This document shows positions 12,301 to 23,900 of a stretch of 64,000 bases of DNA, piece by piece (the stretch's first letter is position 1; each line of letters begins with the position of its first letter). Both the position numbers and the translations under genes were made by a program. The notes below the pieces were generated by a model. That model was not told where the DNA came from. It made no database searches and worked only from the letters and a program-made list of their open reading frames with translations. Source of the DNA: Camelus dromedarius (taxonomy: Eukaryota); NCBI RefSeq assembly GCF_036321535.1, contig NC_087436.1, forward strand, positions 24,120,001-24,184,000, written 5' to 3'.

Positions 12301-15300
12301 ATGTTGCAAGAACAAGAATCAAGCAAGAGAGAGAAAAACCAAGCTTAATGTGGTGCAAGATACTTAAATGCCATGGCAACTATGATGTCTTCTCTATTAT
12401 TTAATTCACTTCCTCAGGTCAGGTTATTCTGCCCTCTCTCTCCTGCACTTCCTGTTGCTGTAATCAAATCAGGTCACCCTGAATTCATGAGTTCTCTTCA
12501 CGACTGCAGTCGTGTCTTTTTCCAGCAGAATGAATTTTCTCCATCTCTTCCTTTGCTCCCGGACCTTTATTTGGTGCCCTTGATGTTCCCAGTTGCTCTC
12601 TGCAGTGCTCCACATGCTGTAAATGCTTCCCTTTCATCCACATCTCCTCCCCCACACCCTGCTCCTTCTCGGTGCTCCTGTCCCTGCCCCTCCCTCCGGC
12701 TTCTGCAGTTGTCACTAACACAGTTAGCCACTTGATTAGCATCTCAGTGATTCAAGAATCCAAGAAACTTGGTTCTCCTGAAAGGCTCCTGCTTCTCTTC
12801 CAGGAGTAAGATAAAGTCCCTCCCTCAGTGCCGTCAAGCTGAGATGACTTGGGGCGTGAATACTCCCGTTCACTGGGGTAGCCCCTGCTTCTTCCCCTTT
12901 CTTTTTCTGTGTGTGTCCCTGGAGCTCTTCATCGTCTAGTTAGCTTTTTCCCAGGAAAGGTGGACAGAGAAGGTTTAAGCTTAGAATTTTGGTAGCCCAG
13001 GCTCCTAGTTCACAGATGGGAAAACTAAGGTCCAGAGAGCTTAACTGACAAGTTGCATGGCCAGTCGCTGGAGGAACCAAAACAAATAGGGTGAAAACTC
13101 AATCAGATTGGCAGATAATGGTGGGAAAAAATCTTTTCAAGGGTTGAGCTGGGCCAAAATGAGACTTGATGATTATTTAAGAGTTCCTTCACTCATTCTG
13201 CCCCATCTCCCTGCCAGCAGTGTAAACAAAAGATCAAAGCAGAGCCGGCAAACCAGCCATAGATCCACTGGGACCCCTGGAAAGGCTCTGCCTCCCAGGA
13301 TCATGGAAACCCTACAACTCCTCCAGCCCCTACCAGCTTGGACCCCTCCAGCCCCCTACCAGCAGGACAGGATGAGGCCTCAGCGATAGTCAGACGAGTA
13401 AATTCCACACAAGTTCCACATCCACTAGGCTTTTCGCTATTTGCCAGCATGTGCAGTGGTGAATTGACAGAATTCTTTCTTCTAAATGTAGGAAGATGCA
13501 TAAAATACAAGCAGCCTATGAAAATATATTTACTGCAAAAGTTATATCAGTCTTGTGTAAGTAAGCACCAGCCTTCTCTGGGGAAAGACATGGGTGGTAA
13601 AATGAATAAAATAACTCAGTATTTTGACTGCTTGCTGCAGTGTAAGAGGGACTTCTGTTCCCCAAGCTGAGTGTGAAGAGAGGGATTTATCTTTGGATGC
13701 AAAGGAAGCAAAGCAAAGCAGCCTAGAAGAGCCACTCCTTGGTGTGAGTGAGCATGGAAACAAGTCCCACCCTAGGGCCCGGCTGCTGGATGTCCCCAGC
13801 CATCCCTGTCCTCCCTGGGAGGGCTTGTGCTGGTGCACTGGGATCTGCTGAGTTAGAAGCTGAGCCCTGCTGCTGCCACGGCGGCACACTGTGATTAAGA
13901 GCTCGACTGATTTTCTAGCCCATGACCACACTGGTGGGGACAGAGTACGACAGAGGAGAATGGCCGGAAGCCAAGTGGAAAGAGGGTTTATGAGATGAGC
14001 TCTCAATGAAGAAAACTGTGGGAAAGAATGCAATGGAAGCAGATTCGGGGCCAATAGATGTGGGAAAGCAGCACAACTCAAAAACGCTCTTCAGCCGCGA
14101 ACTAAAACAAAGCGTTTTGCCAAACACAGGAAGAGGATTCAGTCTGAGAAAGGCTCAGCACTGTTTATACAAAACAGAATATTTCTCTCTGCACAATCAT
14201 CACTGACAAGGCTTAACCTTCCTCCTTCTGTACCAGGCCCTTGTGCTGGGTTCTGGGGCTCTAAAGAAGCAGCAGTCCATCAGTCTAGAGGAGACTGAAA
14301 ACACACACAAAATGACTTGTAAAATGCAAATGGATCTTAAGGGAATCATCAAAACATTCTGCCTAAACTTTGGGCCAAGAGCCAGCAGGCATGAGTGATG
14401 GGGAAAAGGCCCTGGGACTGTATCCCAGCTGCTGCCTGCCTCATGTGCAAATCTGAACAAAGTTCTGGCAAGAAGACCCTGGCTACTTCTCACCCCATCC
14501 CTTACAGGTCCAGAGGAGGCCTGCTGCAGTGACCGGGGCTGCGTGCACGGTTCCAGGTATTCCTAAGGCAGCAGGTGGAAAATGAGCACTTGACCGTTTT
14601 GGTGTGCAGTTAAGGCTGGAAAACATCCCAGCACCAAAGAGAGAGTTGGACATCCTCCTCTGAACCTAAAGTTAGGGCAGGACAGGACACTTGTGACTTG
14701 ATTCCTCCCTTTCCTCCTCCCCCTCCACAACCATCTACCATGAACTTGTGTCTCTGTGACTCCACCTGAGTGTTTTGAGGGGAGATTTCATCCAACCTAC
14801 CCTTGCCCTGCCTCAGCCCTCTTTGAGTAAAGAAATAATTTGTTTCCTTTAGCTTTTAGCATTTTTTTTTTTTGCCCCAGAAGATAAGCTGGAAACTGGA
14901 GATGATGATGATTATCTGGTGTGTTTTTTGCATTAGCGTAACATGTAAGAGGGGAGATGGTATGTTTAAAAAGGGGGAAAGAATCATATAATTCAAAACC
15001 AGTGAGTGACTAAGGTCAGTACATGATGAGGTTTTTTTTAAATCAGAAATAAAATCCTGTTTCTGTGGTTCATGTTTGAAAATGATGTAACCTGAAGTGG
15101 CCCTTTCATCTTCCACTGTAGGAATCCCTGCTCTGTGTAGCTTTGGAGCCCAGGTCTCTGTGCTGGAGGACTTTAAGGAGGTTAAATTTAAGCCAGAAGG
15201 CTTTAGAAACGTATAGACTAAGCTGGACGACCTCTGAGGGCTCTAGACTAAGCCAGAGGGTCTTTATGTCAGTATAACCTAAGCCTCTTATCTCCTAGGG

Positions 15301-15639
15301 GAGGAATTCAGGCTGGCAGGGGTGGCCTCCCAGAGCCCCTCTGCAGGTGAGTAGCACCAGTACCCAAGTTTCCTAATTCCTGATCCAGGGCCCTTCCTTC
15401 TCTTTCAAAAGGGGATGAAATTCCTGGCAGTGTATGGGACAAATAACCCTGACATTGTTCTGTTTTTCACAGAGGAAAAACTGAATTTAAGAAGAAACTC
15501 ACAATAGTCGATTTTTTTTTTAATCTGGCATTTAAGCACAAAGTCAAAAGCAAGGCGTGGTCTCCCGGGTACTGGAAGTACTTTGAAATCCCCAGTCTCA
15601 CTCGTCGTTCAGAAAACAAAATGGAACAACTTTCTCTGC

Positions 15640-17945
15640 TGCCTCCTATTTCCCCCGCCCGCTCCGTGCAGTAGCTGTTCTTGGCAGATGCCCAGAGCGG
15701 CACCCGGTAATTCCACGGTACATTGTGTACATTTGCATCCATTTAACCAGCTATTTACAGCCGCCCTTTACCACCACCTGTAAGAGGCAACGCCATAATG
15801 ACACTAAGTGGCTGGGCCGGGAAGCGGGTGCCCCGTGATATTCTCCACTTGAAAAGCCCAAATCAGTGGAGGGTTGACACTCGGAGAATCAGGGAGACGG
15901 CTGGGGACATCACACGTACAGGGCGGGAGGCGCGAGAAGGAGGCGCGCCAGACGGAGGGTCTTTCCTCGGTAGCTCCACTCGGTGGCTCCTTTTCCGTTA
16001 CCACAACCGCGAGGAGGGACCTGCCGGGCCTTCCGCGCGGCTTGTTTCCTGCCTGAGATAGAGCCTGCTGCCATTTGGATTTGGGGAATTTCTGAATCAC
16101 CCAAGACGCCTGACGGTCCCGAGGAGGGTGGGGACGGCGCGCTAGGGTGGAAGCCGCAGTCCGGACTGGATGTCACCACCCTGAGTCTGGAAAACCTGCT
16201 CACGGATGTGATGCGGCAACGCGGGGACACCTGCGCTCCCGTGCGTGCCGCACTCGTGCAGCTCCGGGTGGCAAATGGGGTGAAGTAGGGGGCGAGGATG
16301 AGAGGAAGTTGAGGCGCTGGAGCGTCAGAAACGCTGCCTTAGCTTCCCCTGCTCTTTGGAGGCTATCCCGGGGCGGGGGGTGGGGCGCGCTGGCGGGCAT
16401 TGCACGCGGACTTCCAAGTGGCCCCTGGCACAGCTGGAAGTCAGGAGTTCTGAGCCCCCAGAGAGCTGGTACCCGGGGGTCCCAAGTGCCCGTGAGGAGC
16501 CCGCGGCGCCCAGGACCGCGTGGCGCGTTGGACCGCACCAAGCGGCGCAGAAGCAAAAGATAAACCCTGATGGGCCTGGGAGCTGGTGGGCTGGGGTGCA
16601 GAGTCAGCGCGGACCCGGAGCGCCTTTCGTTTTAAGGAGCCTTACTTCTGGGAAGGGACAGGGAACTGTCAATCAGCGAGGGAGGGAGCGCACCGGCGCT
16701 GGGTGATGTCAGCGGATCAGCTGCTCGATAACAAAGACGGGGTATTACAGTAGAAAGTTGCAGCGGCGGCGGCGGCCACGGCGGCACCCCGGAGCCTCGG
16801 AGGCGAGGGGCAAGTGGGCGAAGGGAGGAGGGACGGCTGCTGCCGGAGCAGCTTAAGACCAAGGAATTGAAAGGGCTGTAGGGGGAGGCAGTGCGAGCCA
16901 GGCCCAACTGCTCCTCCTCTTCCTCCTCCTCCAAACTCGCAGGGTTCAGCCCCAGCGCTCGCTCAGCCGCCTGGAGCACCCGGAGGGACAGGAGGCAGCC
17001 GCGCGGCCCCGAGCTGGGCAGGGTCCCCAGCCGCCATGGATAGCGACGACGAAATGGTGGAGGAGGCGGTAGAAGGTACAAGCATTTCTCTGGGGCCGGG
17101 GGAGGAGTCGCGGAGGGCAGGGAACGCGGGAGGAGTGGCGGGCTGCGACCCGCGCGGCGCCGGGCCCCGCGGCCGCCACTGTCCCCTACGCGAGTGGCCC
17201 GCTGCCGGGCTCGGACAGGGGCCGGACAGCCACGGCCATGCCGCCGGGAGCGCGCACTGCGCGGCGGGGCGCAGGCCGGGAATCGGGCTCCACTGGGCCG
17301 AAGCCCCCAGGAGGACACGGCTGCTCCATTCCGCCGGGCCACCGCCTGCATCCGCCCTCGGAGTTGCGAAACCTGCCCCGCACTCCGGCCTTCCCCGTTT
17401 CGGGGGTGGAAGGTAGGGATGCGCAGGAGGATAGCCCCCTGCGGCCGACGGTCTCCGTGGAGCAATACCCCCGCCCGGTTTTGGCAAGCTCGACCCCCTC
17501 TCGGGCCGCCAGCCCTTTCCTTCCCCACGCCGCTGCGACCCGCGGTGACCGCGGCCGTGTCCCGGTCCGTCCCCCAGCGCAGCGCACGGGGTCGGACCAG
17601 GCACGTGGCAGCGGCGGCCAGGGCGGTCGCTCCTCCGAAACGATGAAATCATTGCAGGGCTGTGGACAACGCTCCCGACCCGGGGCTTGAACACACGCCC
17701 ACCCGGAGGCAGTGGCCCCGGCCTCTGCTGCCCCCAGGCGAACTCAGTCAAACCGCCCCTCCCCCTTCTGCCTCCGATCCCGATGCCGCCGCCGCCACGC
17801 TGTGCAGGCGCGCCGCAAGCCGGGACCGAAATTGCTGGGTGACACTTAACTTTCTGAATTCCATGCAGTTGGCTGTGGGTGATATCACCGCTTTGGTGTC
17901 GTGTTTCTCCGCCCCTTCGCTTCTAGCGCCCCTCCCCCGACTTTT
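15640..17945. promoter_or_regulatory. CpG island / SETD7 promoter, 5' UTR and start of intron 1
   Basis: Very high GC and CpG density relative to flanks; GC boxes near 16370-16388; CRE-like TGATGTCA at 16704; (GGC)n tract near 16765-16776. Confidence 0.92.
17036..17075 (+). CDS. SETD7: SETD7 coding exon 1 ([14 protein letters not shown])
   Basis: Strong Kozak gccgccATGG; donor AAG|gtacaa at 17076. Confidence 0.97.
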
Positions 17946-20900
17946 CTCGCCACTTTGTTTTGCTGAGTTTCTCCACCTCTTTTTTATTTTTTTTTTAAAT
18001 CCCTGCTAGTTCTAAAAAGCGAGGTGGGGACGTTATACAATCTAGTTGTTTGTATCATGAGATGTTATGTTTTTGTAACAGTGAATACTGGAAATTACTC
18101 TTTAGCGTATCTATTTATTTGATTCTACCCAAGACAGTACTTCGTGATGTTTTGCAACGTTGTGTGGTTATTATTCCGGAATATTTTAAACCAAGCATCT
18201 AAGTAAACATTTTTTAGCTTTTGGTTGAATCTGGTTTCTGTCTAATTTGTATAAACAAGTTCTCATAAGTGGTAAAGAGAAACAAAGTGGCAACGCTTAC
18301 AGATGCATAAGGATGCATAGTTATTGCTACTTTGGAAGAAGAAACTGAATTTTTATGTCAGCATAACTGTGCTCCCGAGGTCTCAGGGAGAGATTAAGTA
18401 GAATAATATTCCTGAATTCTCTAAAAGGTAACTATCCTACTGTAACTATTAAACTTCCTATTTCTTTATCCAGCTTCAAGGAGTGTTGGTGTTGTTTTAA
18501 TTTAACAATGTCCTGAACTCACAGAACTCTTTATCTCTAATAAGTAAAGCCAACATTGGGACTTACTGGAGCCCAAAGACATTGATTGAGTCGATCCATT
18601 GGATGTCTTCTTTAAATTTAAATTATTGACTTCTTGTGCCTTATATTATGAAAGATAATTGGAAAATGCTTGTCTCAAATTGTTAGGGCTTGCTCTCATT
18701 CTTCAAAGTTTACTTTTACCCATAAAAACATAATGCACACTTTTGATCACAGGCAGTGCTCCCCAGCTTAAACCTCCCCTCCCTTTTGAAGCTGTTTAGA
18801 AACACAAGGCCCAGTTAGCCATAATCCCCGGCTCCTTGCTGAAGGTGAACAAGCAGTTTCAGAAATGTACTAATGCTGTTTTTGAGACTGTCCAATGGAC
18901 AGAAGCAGAGAAATGTCTTTATATAAGCAAGAAAGTTTCTGTTAAGTACTGTGTTATGTACGGTGACCACATACATTGTCTGAGATCTGAATACGCTTGA
19001 GAAGGGTCACTTAAGTTGGGACAACTGGCTCAATGGCTTGAATGTCTGAAGCAATCTGGGACACATGGTTACTCAGTTGTACCTAACAGTTAGCGATCAG
19101 AGTAACCTGGACTCTTTAAAAGTCTTTAAATGCATCCCTGGCTCAAACTCACACAGTGTCCAGAGCATGCATATGTAAAAATGGGCTTTTCTGCAGGCTT
19201 TCCTGGGCTTTTAGGTCCTGTCTATAATCATCTTTACTTAATATCTAGCACATGCGTGGGGGACTGGTAAAAGGCTAGTCTGAATATCTTGGTGTTGAAG
19301 TACCAGCTAACCCACTTCTCTCCATAAACAGAGCCTGGGTTCTCTGCAGTTCCATTGTCTTCGCTGTACTTATCGCTGTCATTGTTTAGTTCTCACTACG
19401 TGGAGGCTCTGTGCTGAGTGTTTCACATACACATTCTCCATTCAGTCTTACGAGGTGGGCACCAATATTATTCTAATTTTATGGAGGAGGCAACTGAGGC
19501 TTAGAGAAGTTAAGAACAAATCCAAGGACACTCAGCAAGGTAGGAAAAAGGCTTGGACTTCCAGAACCCCACTCTCCCATACCAAACTGTCTTCCAACAT
19601 TTTTCTTATTTATTTTTTTAATTTTTAACGAGTCAGTCAAATATATGAAATACTTAGGGACTGAGTTTGGAAGCAACAGTTAAATGTTCTGCCTGTGTCA
19701 CTCTTTATCAGTGTCACTCTTAAGAGGTTGGTTCTGAGAGTTCAGTGACTTTCTGAAAAATGTATGTGGGAAAAGAGAATTTAACTTGTAGCCTCTGCAA
19801 GAGATACTCTTTTTCTTCCTCCTTAGAAATTTACCTTGGGGAAGAAATTGGTCTCTTCAGGTCTTGAGTGTAAACATCTTTTGTCACATCATATGCACTT
19901 TGGTTCTCTGTCGGGGTGGAACTGTAGCTTGGGTGAAGTTCTGAGCTCAGAGTGGATGACTCCCCAAGGACAGGTGGGTGGTAGAGGGGTTGTCTGTGTA
20001 CAGGTGATGGCTCTGCTCCTTTGGGAAGGCAGCCCTGGGCCTCAGCGGGCCTGCAAACTCCACCTGAGCTCCTGCTGTGGCCTTTTAAAAACTTTGAGGC
20101 TCCTTGGTTCAGTGGGGAATGATGTTTAGCTTTGGAACAGAAATCTTTATTATAATATCTTATTTTTCGGTCTACCCATAGATACCAAGAGTGGTCCCTC
20201 ATATAATTAGAAATAAATACATCATATCTAAGCAGACGAATGATGGTGGAGAGGAAGTAAAAATGGTGGCCAGTTTGGGGCAGTAGCTGGATTTTCTGGA
20301 AGAGGTGGGGTGGAGTTGAGTCCAGTAGAGAAGGGACATTAGGGAGTCAAGACAGAAGTGTGGAACTCTGCAGGCACGGGCAGAGAGGAATTGCTCTGCT
20401 GTAACAGGGCTCCTAGAAGGAGAAAAGTGGAGAGGAAGACAGGGAAAGGAGGCTTGTCAAGGGCCAAGAATGCGGACTGCGCGCCAGGAGCCACGGGGGG
20501 CTTTGGAGCTGGGATGGAGGAATGGGAGCTCTGCTGGGGAGGATGAGCGGCCTGTGGGGAGCAGGTGAGGTGATCACCCTGAAGGCTCTTTGCCGCAGTC
20601 CAGATAGGCGGTTATGAGGGCAGGAGAAAACGGAAAGGCTGGGACCTAGCAAGGAGACACTGAGGAGGAATACTAAAAGGAGGGGAAATAGCAGAATCTC
20701 CACAACCAAGGAGCCGGAATGAAAACAAGTGTCTCCATGTTTCACTGCCCCAACACCCTCCAAATATTAAGAATATTTTTAACAGTCCCCCTCATATCTT
20801 ATCCTGTCTCTAAGGCTGTTCATGCTCTGTTCTGAGGAAAAAATGCCTCCTAAGTATACTGGTAGCACCCTCTCTGTGTGGGCCTCATTAAAATTAGGAC

Positions 20901-23900
20901 CCTCACAACTAATAATTGAGCTCTTGCAAAGAGTTACTCTCAAAAATCAAATTCTGTTTTTAACAACCAGCATTAACTGCATCATCTTGAGGGTACATTC
21001 TTTGCACCAAAAAGAAAAAGTTGGCCTTTTATTATTACTCCTTTTTTTTTTAAGTAGTTTTAAGCTACAAAACCAACCATGCATGTCAGGGTCTCTTGTT
21101 CTGAGGGAAACACACACATGCACATGAACAAACACACACACACATGCTCAGATCTCCTGTGAGCACGCCTGAGGCAGTAAGCAGCCGCTGTCTGATCCAG
21201 AGGGAGTTTCCTTTGCTGAGATGTACCCTCACTTCACAGGAGGCAGGCCTGGCTCTCATCAGGTTATGAAAAAGCTCAGAGGGAACTCGAGGGGAAAAAA
21301 TCAAACTTTCTATTTTGTCAGTAGATAATGATCTTTAGAACAAAGTGAAAAAGGAGACTTGTGTGGCTGTTACATTTTCCCCTTTTTCCAACTTGTGTAA
21401 ATATTTAAAGCCGTGCGGCAGACAGACAGACTGCACACGAGCTGGGACAGCATTCCCCACACAGAGAAGTCAGTCAAGTGGATTTTCCTTGTTGTTCGGG
21501 GCTTGCATTCAACTTCTGTTTAGTGGGAACTGGCCTGGAGGGCTGTTGGCTGACTTGGTGCGTTTTACACATCGACCTCAATCACAGCAAGGAGGACTCG
21601 AGTTTCTCTGAGTTGGGTAACACTTGGGAGGGACAGGAATTTGCAGCCAGGATGTGCTGTTGACTGTCCTGGTGGTTCTGTGAGAACTGTCTTAACTACA
21701 AAGCCTTCTTCCACTTCTCTGCCTGGGGCCTGAGAACACTGACCTCTTTAGAGGTCCCTCCTTCCACCATCCGTGGGAAAGAGGGGTGTTCTGCTAGTTT
21801 ACTCTTATCTAGAGAGAAAAGAGATGGAAAGAGTGGGGGAAAGGGCTGTTGGCATCCGTTAGCACATTCAGAGTGGTGGTTAATGTCTTTCTTGGGCACA
21901 CAGCAGTGGCTTCCTCATCTGTAAGATTAGAGTTGGGATTATTGTGAGGCTTAATTTAGATAACAGGAAAGTGCATAACCTGGTTTCAGGTGCCTAGTAG
22001 GGACACAGACTTTTTCCTTCTCTGTATGTCAATATCCCCCTCCATTAAATTGACTATTACTGGCAAGACAAATATTCCGTGATCTTACTGACCCAGTGGC
22101 GTTCGAGCAGGCGTGGTACCAGAAGCTCCTCTAGCTCTGCTGTCAGTGGGAGATGTGAGTCCACAGCAACCCAGTCTCCACTCCTCCCTGCATTTCTTTC
22201 TTTGGAAAGCCTCTTCGTTGCTGTTATTGTTTTGGATGGGGCTGTCGTTCTGGAGATAAAGTTCTGCTGCTTCTAGGAAGACCACTCCAGGCTATTAAAT
22301 ATTCCGGGTAGAAGTCTTGAATGATCACAACCCTTCATTTTTTAGCTCCTTTTAATTGCTCCCGGTAACTGATCACAACCTGTTAATGGATCACACCGCC
22401 CTCCTTGTAGAAGGAGGAGAAGAAAACAAAACAGACAAGCCAACAAGCGGGCTCTACTGTGATCTCACGGGGCGCCTGCAGAACTTTCTCACAACAAGCT
22501 GCCGAAACCTGCCTTTTGAAGGTCAGGGGAGCGTTGCGCATCCAAGGCCTTCTTTCTAAAGACATGATGTCACCAGAGTAACAGCCATCATTCACCAGCT
22601 TTTTTCTTCCTCTCTCTCAAGACTCAGAAGATGTTGGGACTCCTCTTTGCTGGCCCGCGGAAGGAGGCGTGGGCACACGTGTCCCTCACGGAGCGTGTTG
22701 ACGTTTTTGCTTTCATCCCAGTTGGATTCGGCTCTGTCCCTCAAGTGCTTTCAGTGTGTTACAGGATGCTTCCAGCTTTCTTAAAGATCTCGATTTCACT
22801 GCTGACGGTGCACCTGCAGTGTTTTATTCAGAAATAGGACAGGACGGTTGCGACTGAGGGAAGGTGGAAATGAATTTACGTTGGATTTTTTTCCCCTCAG
22901 TGTTCAAGTTTATCTTAATATTTCTCTTTATCTAAAGGATAATCAGGAATTTTATCAAACATTAACTTTTTAAAGTCTGGAATATGTGAACCGTTTTCTG
23001 GGGGAGCGAAGCATTTTCAACAAATTAGTAAATACCTCACTATAAGGCTAAAATTATTATTCTGATAGTTATAGCTAAACCAAAAGTAGAACGCTAAATT
23101 GGTAGGAATGTTAATAGCTGAATTTAATTTGATCCAAGCAACATTTCATTAAGGAAAGCTTTTAGCTATACACTGAGTGGGTTTTTTTTTTTTTTGAATG
23201 AAAAGAATAAAGGTAGATTTAATTTATTTCAATGAGAGAAATGTCATCCGTCGATATTTAGAAAATAATTGTCCAAATTATTTCATATAACTCATATGTC
23301 ATTGAATTATGTCATGTATAGTTTTTGGTTTTTGAGCAAGAAGATAGCAATTGTGGCTTAGTTCCCTCCTAACCATTAATTTCCTGCCCTTGGTGGAAAA
23401 AATTTGTGTTAAAAGGAAGGGGAACTCATTGATTGTGATTTACTTAACTAGCCATGTTTTATTATATTTCAGGTAATTCATTCTATACAGAGTCAGATGT
23501 AGCAATAAAGCTGTGCATTGGTTCATTGTTACTTGGCATTTATGTAATCAATAATGCAAATAAAGAGCTTTCCTGTTCTTTTTGAGAGTGCTTGCTTACT
23601 ATCTCTTCTAAAGGATGATATTCTTTTATCACTTTAGAAGAAATTATTTTAGGAGACTAAAGCATTCATTGTGGTGTTATGGTTTGTGTTTTCTTTTACG
23701 TCTGTGAGCCATCTGGAAGCCACATTTAAGTGTTTAATGTACCTGCACTGTACGCAGTATTTAATGCTTTTATACCTTTTTCATCCATGACTCAGGTCAT
23801 TAACCCAGGAAAAAGCCAGTAGATTAACTGCTGCCTTCATTTCTACCCACCTCTGCAAAATTAGCTCACCAGAATGCCTGGGGAGACACGAGTGAGTGAC

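Noticed and set aside
16632..17751. Long minus-strand ORFs (298 aa, 262 aa) and overlapping ORFs in the CpG island
   Set aside because: Arg/Gly/Pro/Ala-rich low-complexity translations expected from stop-poor GC-rich DNA; no recognisable domain.
22323..22397. Short spaced direct repeats (gatcacaacc-like x3); similar short repeats at 15213-15254, 27649-27680, 38988-39024 and 54223-54253
   Set aside because: Two or three short copies with irregular spacing in mammalian DNA; local slippage, not a CRISPR-like array.
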